From assembly GCF_006345805.1 (NCBI RefSeq), contig NW_021829599.1, positions 1 through 32,626 of the forward strand: 32,626 nucleotides of DNA, in the 5' to 3' direction. This DNA comes from Octopus sinensis. Lineage: Eukaryota. The position numbers and the translations under genes are program-made. Positions 13,207 through 24,105 of the stretch are shown here, piece after piece (the first letter of the stretch is position 1; every line of letters starts with the position of its first letter). The notes beneath the pieces were generated by a model. The model was not told where the DNA came from. It saw only the letters and a program-made list of their open reading frames with translations, and did no database searches.

Positions 13207-13404
13207 AGAGGGCGCTGTAAATTTATTGGCTTTAATGGTTTAGTGAAAGTCCTGGTTGGAGGCCCAAACTTCCAAATTCCTTTATAGGGCTTGGAAAAAC
13301 TGAATTGCGATAAGTGTGCAAATCTGAGAGGGAAATGTGTTCAATAAAATCATAATTAACGGATACTCCCGTATTTTCAAACCAGGAACTTTCCAGGACA
13401 CCCT
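13207..13404 (+). mobile_element. Mariner-derived MITE (~200 bp) retaining the transposase C-terminal remnant
   Basis: Degenerate TIRs GAGGGCGCTGTAAATTTATTGGCTTT / AAACCAGGAACTTTCCAGGACACCCT. Internal [28 protein letters not shown] resembles the mariner C-terminus. Confidence 0.7.
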
Positions 13405-13479
13405 TATGTGTATATGTATACATATATGTGTGTGGGTGTGTATATCATCATCATCATCATCAATATATACATATATAAT

Positions 13480-13517
<38 letters not shown>

Positions 13518-13556
13518 ACAATTTAATAAATAAAACACATGCATACATACATACAT

Positions 13557-13878
13557 ATGTGTATATATACATGCATATATATGTGTATATATACATGCAT
13601 ATATATGTGTATATATACATGCATATATATGTGTATATATACATGCATATATATGTGTATATATACATGCATATATATGTGTATATATACATGCATATAT
13701 TATGTGTTATATGCATGCATATATATTGTATATATACATGCTATATATGTGTATATATACATGCATTATATGTGTATATATACATGCATATATATGTGTA
13801 ATATATACATGCATATATGTGTATATATACATGCATATATATGTGTATATATACATGCATATATATGTGTATATATAT

Positions 13879-13916
<38 letters not shown>

Positions 13917-14267
13917 ACACAATAATAAATAAAAACACATGCATACATACATACATATGTGTATATATACATGCATATATATGTGTATATATACATGCAT
14001 ATACATGTATGTGTATATATACATGCATTATATGTGTAATATACATGCATATATATGTGTATATATACATGCATATATATGTGTATATATACATGCATAT
14101 ATATGTGTATATATGCATGCATATATATGTGTATATATACATGCATATATATGTGTATATATACATGCATATATATGTGTATATATACATGCATATATAT
14201 GTGTATATATACATGCATATATATGTGTATATATACATGCATATATATGTGTATATATACATGCATA

Positions 14268-14280
<13 letters not shown>
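13557..14280. repeat. 24-bp minisatellite (GTGTATATATACATGCATATATAT)n in two blocks
   Basis: Blocks ~13557-13870 and ~13960-14280, each preceded by the same AATAAATAAAACACATGCATACATAC spacer. Confidence 0.9.
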
Positions 14281-14317
<37 letters not shown>

Positions 14318-14379
14318 TACAGGACACCACAGATAAACGTAGAACACAACAAGAAACGAAAACATAAGAAGAAGGAGAA

Positions 14380-14414
<35 letters not shown>

Positions 14415-14479
14415 AGAAGAAGAAGAAGAAGAAGAAGAAGAACAACAACAACAATAATAATAACAACAACAACACTAAT

Positions 14480-15131
14480 GGCAGCCCCAGCTCACCAGTG
14501 GCCAGAACATATCCAAGTCCAGTGCCAACTGAAGCTGCACCAATTATGTGAGCATAACCAACACCCAAGCCTAGAAATAGATTGGGTAAGCTGGGACAGC
14601 CTTCAAAGGATGCTTCTACAACCACAAGCCCTCTTTCAGGATTTCAGAAAGATGATTCATTACATCCCTGGCTTGCTATGTGTGGTGCCTCAAAGATGAC
14701 GGGCTCCCATATAATATCAAATAGACGATCTTAAAGCAGTCAGGACCCTACATTAATGGGAGTGAATGTTGCATGCTTTGTATATAGCTGAATGAGCAAG
14801 GTTACTCAAAGACCCCTTGAAACCTGGATCACTGAAGACTTTCCAGGAAATTTACAGTCTTTGCATCCATTTCAAATGCTACCTGCTGCAAACTCAGGAT
14901 TCCTCATTCTCTGATTAGACCTGTAAGAGTCCTTACCATCTGAGAGCAGCCAAAGACAAAATCCCCTGTTCCACTTCTTTTAGCCCCCTTCCCCCCCAAA
15001 AAAAACTGGTCTAATGGAGATAATCCATCATCACAAACCCTGGACTATTTATTCTTTGTTGAATTACTGACCAAATCACCATAATGGATTTGGTATGTGT
15101 GTGTGTGTATGTGTGTGTGTATGTGTGTGTA

Positions 15132-15164
<33 letters not shown>

Positions 15165-15575
15165 ATGTGTGTGTGTATGTGTGTGTGTGTTTGTGTGTGT
15201 GTGTGTATGTGTGTGTATGTGTGTGTTTGTGTGTGTGTGTGTGTGTATGTGTGTATGTGTGTGTGTGTATGAAGAGTTACTTTTGTCTTCAGCTTTAGAG
15301 TCTGGCAAGACATTCACAGGGCTAAGCCCTTTGTGGATGCAAAACCATCGGTCACTCAGTGGTCAGACATACACTTAACAACTAATGAATACATTATACT
15401 GCTCTATGCTTTAGTGTGTGCTTCTTCTTTGGACATATGATACGCTGACCATATAAACAATTAATCAAAGAATATCACAGTGAAGACCCTGAAGAAACTG
15501 CACCAGTATTACAGGAGGGTTGCAGCTGAAATGGTTACTAATCAATGCAATAGAAACATGTGTAGATCTATATGA
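14480..15575 (+). mobile_element. Degraded Penelope-like element: GIY-YIG endonuclease C-terminus plus 3' pLTR region
   Basis: Frame from 14545: [59 protein letters not shown], then shifted EIYSLCIHFKCYLL (~14848-14890). This matches the PLE YIG..FK.R.YNH..W.LK..C.LC..E..CRH pattern. An HHR-like motif lies downstream at 15489. Confidence 0.75.
15485..15540 (+). ncRNA. Degenerate hammerhead-like motif in PLE 3' region
   Basis: CTGAAGA(15489-95) AACTGCA..TGCAGCT GAAA(15528-31) TGGTTA. 5-bp stem II, with weak stems I and III. Confidence 0.35.
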
Positions 15576-15580
15576 AGCTG

Positions 15581-15614
<34 letters not shown>

Positions 15615-15661
15615 TACACACACACACACAAACGCACATATATATATATGTGTGTGTGTGT

Positions 15662-16074
15662 GGCGCAGGAGTGGCTGTGTGGTAAGTAGCTTGCTTACCA
15701 ACCACATGGTTCCGGGTCCATTCCCACTGTGTGGCACCTTGGGCAAGTGCCTTCTACTATAGCCTTGAGCCGACCAAAGCCTTGTAAGTGGATTTGACAG
15801 ACGGAAACTGAAAGAAGCCCGTCGTATATATGTATATATATATGTGTGTGTGTGTATATGTTTGTGTGTCTGTGTTTGTTCCCCACAACATCGCTCGACA
15901 ATCGATGGTGGTGTGTTTATGCTACCGAAACATAGCGGTTCGGCAAAAGACTGATTGAATAAGTACTAGGCTTACAAAGAATAAGTCCTGGGGTCGATTT
16001 GCTCGACTAAAAGGCGGTGTTCCAGCATGGCCATAGTCAAATGAATGAAACAAGTAAAAGAGTAAAGAGAGTAA
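15662..16074 (+). mobile_element. SINE family A, full length
   Basis: Colinear with 1543-1990. Confidence 0.9.
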
Positions 16075-16121
16075 ACTCACACACACATACACACCATCCA
16101 CATGTAGATTTCAGACATATA

Positions 16122-16325
16122 TACTCTTTTACTTGTTTCAGTCATTTGACTGCAGCCATGCTGGAGCACCGCCTTTAGTTGAGCATATCGACCCCGGGAC
16201 TTATTCTTTGTAAACCCAGTACTTATTCTATCGGTCTCTTTTTGCCAAACCGCTAAGTGACGGGGACGTAAACACACCAGCATTGGTTGTCAAGCAATGC
16301 TAGGAGGACAAACACGGACACAGAA

Positions 16326-16367
<42 letters not shown>

Positions 16368-16727
16368 TAATAAATAAAACATATGCATATATATATACAT
16401 ATATGTACGTACCTACCTCTACATGTATATATACACGCATATATGAGTACAGGACACCAAAAAAACGTTGAACACAATGAGAAACGAAAAAATAGACACA
16501 AATACAAGGAACTGGACATTTTTCTTAAACAACAAAAAAATAGAGTACAGGACAAATCACACAAGGAAGGCTTCTTTCAGTTTCCGTCTACCAAATCCAC
16601 TTACAAGGCATTGGTCGGCCCTGGGCTATAGTAGAAGACACTTGCCCAAGATGCCATGCAGTGGGACTGAACCCGGAAACATGTGGCTGGTTTGCAAGCT
16701 ACTTACCACACAGCCACTCCTGGCGCC
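16122..16727 (-). mobile_element. SINE family A, full length, with ~190-bp insertion in its internal (TA)n
   Basis: 3' half 16122-16330 and 5' half 16565-16727. The insert start ATATGAGTACAGGACACC also occurs at 14311. Confidence 0.85.
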
Positions 16728-17252
16728 TTTATATACTCATATTATTTTGTAAGATGGTGTTATGTTGATCATTCATTTAGTAACTAAGCTGTTCTGACAA
16801 TATTTGACATTGTGGTTCTCAAGGCAACAGTTTTAGATAACGACTGCAAGCTTCTGTATTTATACTTTGAAAAATATACTGGGACTTTTGTTGTATTGAA
16901 TATATTTCAATTCATAAAATTTTGGGGAAATATGAAATGGAGAATAATTTTGCTGTCCAGTCTCAGATATTGATTTTTTTTTTTTTTTTTTTGCCTGCTG
17001 CTGGTTCCGCTGCGATGAAAGCAATTTTGGTCTAGGATTGTTTTTCTTTTCTTTTTTTTTGTTTTTGTTTTTGATTTTGTTTGTTCAATAAAAATATCTT
17101 GCTCTAAAGAATTATGCATTCTTTATTTCTTGCATTGGTGATGTCTACTTTATTACATATAAATATATTTAATGTATTATTTAACATATGCATTCATTAT
17201 ATTTAAATCTGTGTGTGTGTGTATCCATCCATCCATCCATCCATCCATCCAT

Positions 17253-17296
<44 letters not shown>

Positions 17297-17324
17297 GTAT
17301 ATATATACGTAAATGTATGAATGC

Positions 17325-17645
17325 ACATGGCTTAGTGGTTAGGGCATTCGGCTGACGATTGTAAAGGTTGTGAGTTCAATTCTCGGTGACACATTGTGCT
17401 CTTGAGCAAGACACTTTATTTCACATTGCTCCAGTCCACTCAGCTGGCAAAAATGAGTAGTACCTGTATTTCAAAGGGCCAGCCTTGTCACACTCTGTGT
17501 CACGCTGAATCTCCCTGAGAACTACGTTGATGGTACACATGTCTGTGGAGTGCTCAGCCACTTTCACATTAACTTCACGAGCAAACTGTTCCATTGATCA
17601 TATCAGCTGTGACTCTCGACGTCATAACTGATGGAGTCCTCTTCC
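17325..17645 (+). mobile_element. tRNA-head SINE family C
   Basis: TGGCTTAGTGGTTAGGG (A box), GAGTTCAATTC (B box), then CTTGAGCAAGACACTT central-domain-like motif. Confidence 0.7.
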
Positions 17646-17782
17646 ATGTATATGTACATATGTATGTATATATGTTTGTATGTATATTTTAAGATATGAA
17701 GTCAGGAGTTGCGAGCAGTGAAGACAGATTTATTTTGTCACATGACTTTCATATGATTACAGTTGGTTTGAAGCCTTCTTCA

Positions 17783-18116
17783 TTACCTCCACCTTAACGA
17801 AGGCAGAAGTATTGTTTACAGTTGTCTTTGTTTGTTTGTCTGTGGACAAGATATCTCAAGAACTGTTGGATGGATTCGAATGAAAATTTCAGAGATAGTT
17901 GGCCTCATGACTAGCATGAACTTTGGGGATCGATGTGATACTGGACAAGGATTCTGGATTATTTTTCCAGTTTTTTTTAACTTAATTTTTGAGTATTCTT
18001 ATTTGCGAGAGCAGTAGAGTTTATTTCAGATATCCTCCTTTTAAAAATAATCTCCAGCTAATCATTAAGAGGACGTTGGTTTTGCCTTGGTGGAGGTTTG
18101 TGTTTTCTAAGTACTC
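17783..18116 (+). mobile_element. Helentron-type non-autonomous element (HINE/DINE-like)
   Basis: Subterminal IRs ACCTCCACC (17785-93) / GGTGGAGGT (18089-97), and a (GTTT/CTGT)n tract near the 5' end followed by CAAGATATCTCAAGAACTGTTGGATGGATT, the typical HINE layout. Confidence 0.6.
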
Positions 18117-18157
18117 ATGTTATTGTTTGGTATTAATTCCAGTATGCAAAAATTATA

Positions 18158-18366
18158 TACATTATTTACATTATTTACATTCAATGGATATTTGTCCTCG
18201 TCTTGTTTGTTGTTAACACAATGTTTCGGCTGATATATCCTCCAGCCTTCTTCGGGTGTCTTGGGGAAATTTCAAACCTGTTGTGTTAACAACAAACAAG
18301 ATGAGGACAAATATCCATTGAATGTAAATGATGTACATAATTCATCATCTCTTAAATAAAGAACTG
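18158..18366 (-). mobile_element. PLE pLTR-derived insertion with 49-bp inverted arms and 13-bp TSD
   Basis: IR 18173-18221 / 18281-18329 (48/49 match). TSD TGCAAAAATTATA at 18145-57 and 18367-79. The minus strand carries ACAC CCGAAGA A GGCTG..CAGCC GAAA CATT GTGT (HHR-like). Confidence 0.75.
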
Positions 18367-18429
18367 TGCAAAAATTATAGGTTCTTGCTTGCATTAATAT
18401 ATATGTTCAGCATTATATAATGCAATTAT

Positions 18430-18628
18430 GGCAGCAAGCTGGCTGAAATATTAGCACGCCAATTAAAATTCTTAGTTGTATTTCATCTGTCAAATTCCAC
18501 CAAGGTTGACTTTGCCTTTCATGCTTTCACAGTTGATAAACTAAGTACCAGTTGCATACTGGGGTTGATCTAATCAACTGACCCCCTCCTCCAAAATTTC
18601 GGGCCTGTGTGTAGAGAAGAAAAGATTA
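18430..18628 (+). mobile_element. SINE family B
   Basis: GGCAGCAAGCTGGCTGAAATATTAGC head and GACTTTGCCTTTCAT..AAGTACCAGTTG..TGGGGTTGAT body. Confidence 0.75.
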
Positions 18629-18761
18629 TATACTACAATTGCATATTCTCAAATGAACACAAAGGAAGAAGCCTAGCTTATCAGATCACCAGCACATCAT
18701 GGTTCCATCTACAATTCAGCTACTGTTTATTCTACTCCTATAGATATAGGCCAACAAGTCT

Positions 18762-18821
18762 TATGGTCTGATGATATACCATACAGATACTCTTTATGGC
18801 AAGAAACCCAGGGTAACCCTA
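18762..18821 (+). ncRNA. Candidate type I hammerhead ribozyme, intact core
   Basis: TATGGT CTGATGA(18768-74) tata CCATA-11nt-TATGG caa GAAA(18803-06) CCC-A-GGG TA| ACCCTA. Stem I 5/6 bp, GUA triplet, base of stem II imperfect. Confidence 0.6.
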
Positions 18822-18914
18822 TTCACCAGTAATAAATATAGATTGCTCTACATCCTAGAGTGTGCTTTTTGTCCATTCCTATATTTTCTAAAAAAAAAAA
18901 GCCAATATATATAT

Positions 18915-19160
18915 ATAGTTGTCAGTACCTATTTCTTTACTACCCACAAGGGGCTAAACACAGAGAAGACACACAAGGACAGACAAACGGATTAAGTCAA
19001 TTATATCGACCCCAGTGTGTAACTGGTACTTGTTTAATCGACCCCGAAAGGATGAAAGGCAAAGTCGACCTCGGTGGAATTTGAACTCAGATAATAACGG
19101 CAGACAAAATACTGCTAAGCATTTTGCCTGGAAGGCTAACATTTCTGCCAGTACTGCCTG
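18915..19160 (-). mobile_element. SINE family B
   Basis: Reverse complement reads GGCAGAAATGTTAGC..GAGTTCAAATTCCACCGAGGTCGACTTTGCCTTTCATCCTTTCGGGGTCGAT.. Confidence 0.85.
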
Positions 19161-19164
19161 ACTG

Positions 19165-19365
19165 GCCCTCATGCCGGTGGCACAAAAAAGCACCCACTAC
19201 ACTCTCGGAGTGGTTGGCATTAGGAAGGGCATCCAACTGTAGAAACTCTGCCAGATCAGATTGGAGCCTAGTGCAACCATCTGGTTCACCAGACCTCAGT
19301 CAAATCGTCCAATCCATGCTAGCATGGAAAGCGGACGTTAAATGATGATGATGATGATGATGATA
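19165..19365 (+). mobile_element. RTE LINE 3'-terminal fragment with (GAT)n tail
   Basis: Aligns by eye to the reverse complement of 28048-28240 and ends GGACGTTAAA(TGA)n. Further remnants on the minus strand at ~19580-19680 and ~21083-21122. Confidence 0.85.
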
Positions 19366-19560
19366 GTGAATCCAAACAAAGAATAACAAGCATAAAAAAA
19401 AACAATGTGAGGACGTGGTACAAGTAATGTATTATCGGACACTCAGGAAAGGAAAAAAAAGGGGGTGGGTGGATTTAATGTTTCAAGTAAAACTCTTTGT
19501 CAGAAATAGAGAAAAAACCAAAGGAATGAATGACGGAGGAAGAAAATCACCAACAATGTG
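19365..19560 (-). mobile_element. PLE pLTR-like fragment with decayed HHR-like motif
   Basis: Homologous to 30515-30715. Minus strand 19507-19474 reads TTT CTGACAA A GAG-tttta-CTT GAAA CATT AAA. Confidence 0.5.
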
Positions 19561-19729
19561 TGTGTATATATATATATATATACATCATCATCATCATTTA
19601 TTGTCCATTTTCCATGTTTGCAATGGGTTAGACGTATTGATTAGAATTGGTAAGCTGAAGAACTGTACCAAGCTCCAATATGGTATATATAAATCTATAT
19701 ATATAAGTATATCTATATACATGTGTATG

Positions 19730-19768
<39 letters not shown>

Positions 19769-19825
19769 ACACATATATATGCCACCATCTCTATTCTGCT
19801 GTCTCCTACTCTCTCTCTCTCTCTC

Positions 19826-20231
19826 TGCTAGAAATAGGAGTCAAAATAACTCTATAGTCATAAAATGCACTGTCTTAATGACTGACAAGGGAGATAATTC
19901 CCCTTGTGGACAGTCATATCGCTGGCGATATGATCTTAATTCTCATCAGTGGCTCTTACCAAACTTAGGGTAAAGCACAACTCATCTTCTCAACTTATAA
20001 GAAAACTGATGAACTCATGTGTTAATTTCAAAAATGGTAGAAGTGAAAACTATAAATAATATGGATGGCTTATTAGCAATTTAATAACCTGATGAGAATT
20101 AAGATGCTCAGCAGCAAAATTTAAAATTGCCAGCGAACGAGGTTATATCAGCTATGGAAATTATCTCCCTTGTCAGTCATTAAGACAGTGCATTTGTGGC
20201 TATGGAGTCGTTTTGACTCCTATTTCTAGCA
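19826..20231. mobile_element. Foldback element with ~75-bp terminal inverted repeats plus inner IRs
   Basis: TGCTAGAAATAGGAGTCAAAA..GACAAGGGAGATAATTCC (19826-19901) mirrored at 20156-20231. Inner IR ATCTTAATTCTCATCAG / CTGATGAGAATTAAGAT. Confidence 0.75.
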
Positions 20232-20279
20232 ATGCTGATACACTCACTACCCTCTGCCACCTTAGTGATGTCAATATTT

Positions 20280-20765
20280 ATATGTATGTATGTATGTATG
20301 AATGTATGTATGTATGTATGTATGTATGTATGTATGTATGTATGTATGTATGTATGTATGTATGTATGAATGTATGTATGTATGTATGTATGAATGTATG
20401 AATGTATGTATGTATGTATGTATGCATGCATGTATGTATGCATGTATGTATGTATGTATGTATGTATGTATGCATGTATGTATGTATGCATGCATGTATG
20501 TATGTATGTATGTATGTATGCATGCATGCATGTATGTATGTATGTATGTATGTATGTATGTATGTATGTATGTATGTATGTATATATGTATGTATGTATG
20601 CATGTATGTATGTATGTATGTATGTATGTATGTATGTATGTATGTATGCATGTATGCATGTATGTATGTATGTATGCATGTATGTATGTATGTATGTATG
20701 TATGTATGTATGTATGTATGTATGTATGTATGTATGTATGTATGTATGTATGTATGTATGTATGT
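20280..20765. repeat. (TATG)n microsatellite with TGCA variants
   Basis: Directly visible. Confidence 0.95.
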
Positions 20766-21149
20766 TAGTATATATAAGTGTGTGCGTGTATGTGTGTGTA
20801 TACATAGATATAGATATATGTGCTTTGTGGTTGTGTTTAGAGTGAAGCCAGTTCTTATAATTATAGATAACGCCACCAACTGGAAATTTTTCTGAAACCT
20901 ATTGGGTCTCAAACTAAATTCTAATGTTAGGTCACTTATTGTTATCGAAACAAATGGCTTTGGTCCAAAGTGATAACAATAAGTGACTTCTGTTCATAAT
21001 TTTGTTCATATGGTTGAATATATATGCATATATACATACATTTCTATGTGTGTATATATATATATATATATATACACATATATCATCATTTAATGTCCAT
21101 TGTCCATGCTGGCATGGGTTGATACATACATACATTTATATATATATAC

Positions 21150-21210
<61 letters not shown>

Positions 21211-21322
21211 TATACATATATATATATAATATATATATATATAATATATATATATATAGATAGACATATACATATATATATATATACACACACACACACA
21301 TATATATATATATAATATATAT

Positions 21323-21399
<77 letters not shown>

Positions 21400-22071
21400 A
21401 CACACATGCATATATATGTTTCTGCGTGAGTGTACAAATGTGTGTATGTGTGTTTGTGTGTATATATTCACATTTGGTTACATATTCATTTATGCGGATA
21501 AACAAGTAACTACCAATACAAGCAAGCAAATACTTATACACCACAAGTGTAAACATAACTGCGTATTATATTTTTCAACTTCAATGCTAATGCTTGTATA
21601 AACTATTATTTAACTTTGTTCATCTAATATACCATTTTTGAAGTGGAGATTTCTCCTTATTGATTTATGCCAATGGTTCTGCTTTTAATTCATATTCTGG
21701 TTTATTTTAAGCTTTCAAATTAAAGAACAAAAGCTAACATAAAATTATTTGATTGTATGAATTCATAATGGTACTCAGGATGGCAGAAGCTTTGGGTAAT
21801 GGCATCTAACGGTCATGGGAAATATCAAGGAATGTCATGGGAAATATCAAGGAATTTACAGTTCTATGCTTGTTTCAAAACTTTCGTTGTTAAGAGAAGA
21901 GTCTTGAAATTGAGAAAACCTGTGGAGGTTTCTCTGCAAATTGACAACAACCAATTGAGGGCTGTTACCAGAGCTTTTACCAGGGTTGTCTTTACAGCAT
22001 TATCAGCCTCCTGGATAAATCCCTGCACTGGGCCCTTTAGTATTTATTCTTTCACAACCAGCTACAAAATA

Positions 22072-22501
22072 CAGGTTGTCATTGACTTACAACCTATCTG
22101 ACTTATGACCGATCGACTTTATAATGATTGGCACGCCAGCTTCTGGCAGCAATAATCAATAGTCCGTCTACAGATGATGTCAGCTAGCAAAGGCTTCTCC
22201 TAGGTTTGGTTATCAATCACCACTGTGGTTACTGCAAGTGTTGGATCAATATCCTGTTGCAGAGACATCGAGGCAGTCTTGTATTTGTTTATAAGACAAC
22301 TGCTTGAGACTCCAAAATTTTTGACTAACGCCAGTATAATATATTACAGAATGCTGTGTGTGACTTTTACCTGAGAATGTACCTTAAGAATGTAAATATA
22401 TAAAACAAAGGTATGTTTAGGTCTATAGGCCAACTTATGACCAAATCAACTTACAACCTGTCAGTCAGAACTAATTGTGGTCGTAAGTCGATGACAACCT
22501 G
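22072..22501. mobile_element. Tigger/pogo-type MITE (430 bp)
   Basis: 23-bp TIRs CAGGTTGTCATTGACTTACAACC / GGTCGTAAGTCGATGACAACCTG (21/23), TA on both sides, subterminal ACTTATGACC repeats. Confidence 0.85.
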
Positions 22502-22579
22502 TACTTAGATTAGAACTGGAGCCCCTAAGCCCATGAGGCTCTTGGGAAACTGCCTAGTGTGCCTGTGGTTTAAGACAGT

Positions 22580-22985
22580 AGTTAGTTAGTTAGTTAATTT
22601 TTTGGCTCAAAAAGCAAAAAGCAAGGCCATGTAGGGGGACATGGAGTTATGTACAGGGTGGTGTTCATGTAAAGAGTTCAGGCCACTTGTGGTTAAGGGA
22701 GACTTTGAACCAAGCGGTCGGCGGCATCTTCACTATCTCGTCCGGCAGCTTATTCCACGGATCCGCAACCCGGACGGAGAAAGCCCCTCTCCTTCAATTG
22801 AGATGAAATCGTCGCAGATAGAGCTTTTCGGAGTGACCCCGCGGCCGACACTCTGGAGCAGGAGTGAAAAACAGCTCTTTCGAGAGGTTACACTTTCCGC
22901 TTATGATGTTGTGAGCAAGAATGAGATCACCACGGCGTCATCGTTTTTCTAGAGAATAAAGGTCGGAAACAGATTAACCTAAAAG
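22580..22985 (-). mobile_element. 5'-truncated CR1 LINE (second family) with (TAAC)n tail
   Basis: Minus-strand translation YSLEKR*RRGDLILAHNII..RPRGHSEKL..LN*RRGAFSVRVADPWNKLPDEIV..FKVSL. Two stops, so it is absent from the ORF track. Confidence 0.88.
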
Positions 22986-23687
22986 ATCACCAGAGATTAC
23001 AGGACAACTAAATATAGACCATTCAGCACACTTATGATGTTTGTGTCACACTTAGGGGTCCAAAAAGCTCACTCAATAAATGCTGCATAAACTGAATGGA
23101 AATAACAGATTTGCTGTTACAAAGAGTTTGCTCTGAGTTTCTTATGTGCCATAAAACGATTCCTCCTTTTTTATTTATTGCATCCTGGTATGTGATGAGA
23201 AATGGATTCTTTATGACAGCTAATGGGGCATTGTACAGCGGTAGATTGAGATGAAGCACCAAAATAATTTCCTGTTATAATCCTCTGCTAGTTCTTGAAT
23301 TCTGATAAAGCCATCATAGCAGAGAAGTATTGGCGTTATTGGCAATAAATCAATAAAATGTACCAAGTTCATATCCAGAATTTGTCAATCAAAAAGGACT
23401 GATTCTATTCTATGACATTCCCCAACAATATGTCTTAGAAATGGCAACAGAATTTGAACAAATTATATAATGAAAATTCTACTTCACTCATCTTATTCCC
23501 CAGAACTCTCTCTGACCAATGATTGCTTTTGGAAGCATCTTCATAACTACCTGTGAAAGACAGTCTTCAAGAAGCAACTAACAGTGCAAAACACCTTTGA
23601 GGAAATCATTGGTTCCACTACACTAAATTTCTTATGCTACCCAAATAAATAGATTTGTTTATTGTAAAAAAAAAAAATATGTACACA

Positions 23688-24105
23688 GGTGCAGGAGTGG
23701 CTGTGTGGTAAGTAGCTTGCTAACCAACCACATGGTTCCGGGTTCAGTCCCACTGCGTGGCATCTTGGGCAAGTGTCTTCTGCTATAGTCCCGGGCGAAC
23801 CAATGCCTTGTGAGTGAATTTCGTAGATGGAAACTGAAAGAAGCCTGTCGTATATATGTATATATATATATAAGTGTGTGTGTATATGTTTGTGTGTCTG
23901 TGTTTGTCCCCCTAGCATTGCTTGACAACCGATGCTGGTGTGTTTACATCCCCGTCACTTAGTGGTTTGGCAAAAGAGACCGATAGAATAAGTACTGGGC
24001 TTACAAAGAATAAGTCCCGGGGTCGATTTGCTCGACTAAAGGCGGTGCTTTAGCATGGCCGCAGCCAAATGACTGATACAAGTAAAAGAGAGAGTAAAAG
24101 AGTAA
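23688..24105 (+). mobile_element. SINE family A, full length, nested in the mariner
   Basis: Colinear with the other family A copies. Confidence 0.9.

Noticed and set aside
14826-14860. CTGAAGA CT-TTCC-AG GAAA
   Set aside because: 2-bp stem II, no stem I, and it lies within the PLE coding remnant.
20180-20912. (HTYI)n/(MYVC)n ORFs
   Set aside because: (TATG)n microsatellite.
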